Virus record (IMG/VR): IMGVR_UViG_3300025120_014373
Source: an uncultured virus (IMG/VR IMGVR_UViG_3300025120_014373)
Taxonomy: Duplodnaviria; Heunggongvirae; Uroviricota; Caudoviricetes
Reading direction: 5' to 3' (one strand)
DNA: 57,419 nucleotides
The position numbers and the translations under genes were made by a program. The notes below the pieces were generated by a model that ran no database searches, was not told the DNA's origin, and worked only from the letters and a program-made list of their open reading frames with translations. Positions 56,647-57,419 of this stretch are shown here, piece after piece (position 1 is the first letter of the stretch; every line of letters starts with the position of its first letter).

Positions 56647-57419
56647 TGACCGATAAAGAATTATTTGAGAAAACTGAAAAAGTTTTTAAACTCAAGAAAG
56701 AGAATAAGATTATTAAAGAATCTTATAATAAAAGTGAATTTAAAAAGGTTTTGGAAAAAAATAAACGCAAGATTCGTTATAAAAGTTCTGACAACGAACA
56801 AAAAACATCTCCAATTGGATCAAATTACGGAGATAATACAGTAAGTGCTGCTAGGGGATTAGGTAGAGGAGCAGCAACAGCAGCTCAATTAGGTGGTCAA
56901 GCCATAGGAGCGACAGCTAGAGCTGGTGCAGCAACAGCAGGAGCAGCAGCAAGAGGATTAGGTAAATTTGGTAAATTTTTAAGTAAAGTAACCCCTGGAA
57001 CTAAAGCTTATAAGGATAGAAAAGCCGATACACAACAAAAACAAGCTCAAGCTAGGGCCGAACAACTAAAAAATATTCAAATGCAACAGCAAATGATGTT
57101 CGGTGGTGATCAATCTAAACCTGGTCAAGATGGCAAGCCGGGTCCAGGAGGTCCAGGAGGTCCTAAACCAGGTCCAGGAGGTCCAGGAGGTCCTAAGCCA
57201 GGTCCAGGAGGTGAAGGTCCAAAAGGTCCAGGAGGTCCAGGAGGTCCGAAACCAGGTCCAGGAGGTCCAAAACCAGGTCCAGGAGGTCCAAAACCAGGTC
57301 CAGGAGGTCCTAAGCCAGGTCCAGGAGGTCCAGGAGGTGAAGGTCCAGAAGGTGAAGGTCCAAAAGGTCCAGAAGGTGAAGGTCCAAAAGGTCCAGAAGG
57401 TGAAGGTCCAAAAGGTCCA
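56646..57419 (+). CDS. Late protein with Gly/Pro repeats (3'-truncated; absent from the ORF track)
   Basis: Open frame MTDKELFEK...AARGLGRGAATAAQLGG...KPGPGGPGGPKPGPGG... to the window end. Confidence 0.8.
   Translation, partial: MTDKELFEKTEKVFKLKKENKIIKESYNKSEFKKVLEKNKRKIRYKSSDNEQKTSPIGSNYGDNTVSAARGLGRGAATAAQLGGQAIGATARAGAATAGAAARGLGKFGKFLSKVTPGTKAYKDRKADTQQKQAQARAEQLKNIQMQQQMMFGGDQSKPGQDGKPGPGGPGGPKPGPGGPGGPKPGPGGEGPKGPGGPGGPKPGPGGPKPGPGGPKPGPGGPKPGPGGPGGEGPEGEGPKGPEGEGPKGPEGEGPKGP
57141..57419 (+). repeat. Coding tandem repeats (GPGGP/KPGPGGP, then GEGPKGPE)
   Basis: Recurring ggtccagga units, 21-30-nt composites, and a 24-nt unit gaaggtgaaggtccaaaaggtcca at the end. Confidence 0.9.

Noticed and set aside
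57141..57419. Terminal repeats as a CRISPR array or collagen
   Set aside because: There are no unique spacers, the repeats are in-frame coding, and the Gly-X-Y register is repeatedly broken.
1..57419. tRNA/rRNA genes, stop-codon recoding, or a cellular or eukaryotic-virus origin
   Set aside because: Intergenic gaps are too short and no cloverleafs were seen; genes are intact in the standard code; gp55, gp32, UvsW/X/Y and gp14 indicate a T4-like phage.

Overview
A very AT-rich, densely coding 57.4-kb segment of a large T4-like (myovirus-type) dsDNA phage genome, read in the standard genetic code. The minus strand carries the T4-type replication, recombination and late-transcription core (primase, RNase H, gp45, gp32, gp59-like, gp41, UvsX, gp43, gp46/47, gp55, UvsW, UvsY). 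Interleaved with it are nucleotide-sugar enzymes (RmlB, RmlD-like, three cytidylyltransferases, GHMP kinase, glycosyltransferases) and a partial 7-deazaguanine module (FolE2, atypical QueC, Ntn-glutamine amidotransferase, GNAT, dGTP/dATP diphosphohydrolase). The plus strand carries a gp14-like neck gene, many proteins with T4 internal-protein-like N-terminal leaders (including a ligase-like/cytidylyltransferase fusion, a PD-(D/E)XK-like protein and an aspartic protease), and a ~15-kb island with six radical-SAM enzymes plus glycan-tailoring enzymes behind a Gly/Ser/Thr-rich gene. Two promoter classes with strikingly fixed geometry were read directly from the DNA: TTGAWA-N16-TATAAT-N5-8-start (11 cases) and TAAATA-N5-start (14 cases). 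Both imply leaderless mRNAs. All functional calls come from motif recognition by eye; no database searches were run. No tRNA, rRNA, CRISPR array, intein or intron was recognised.
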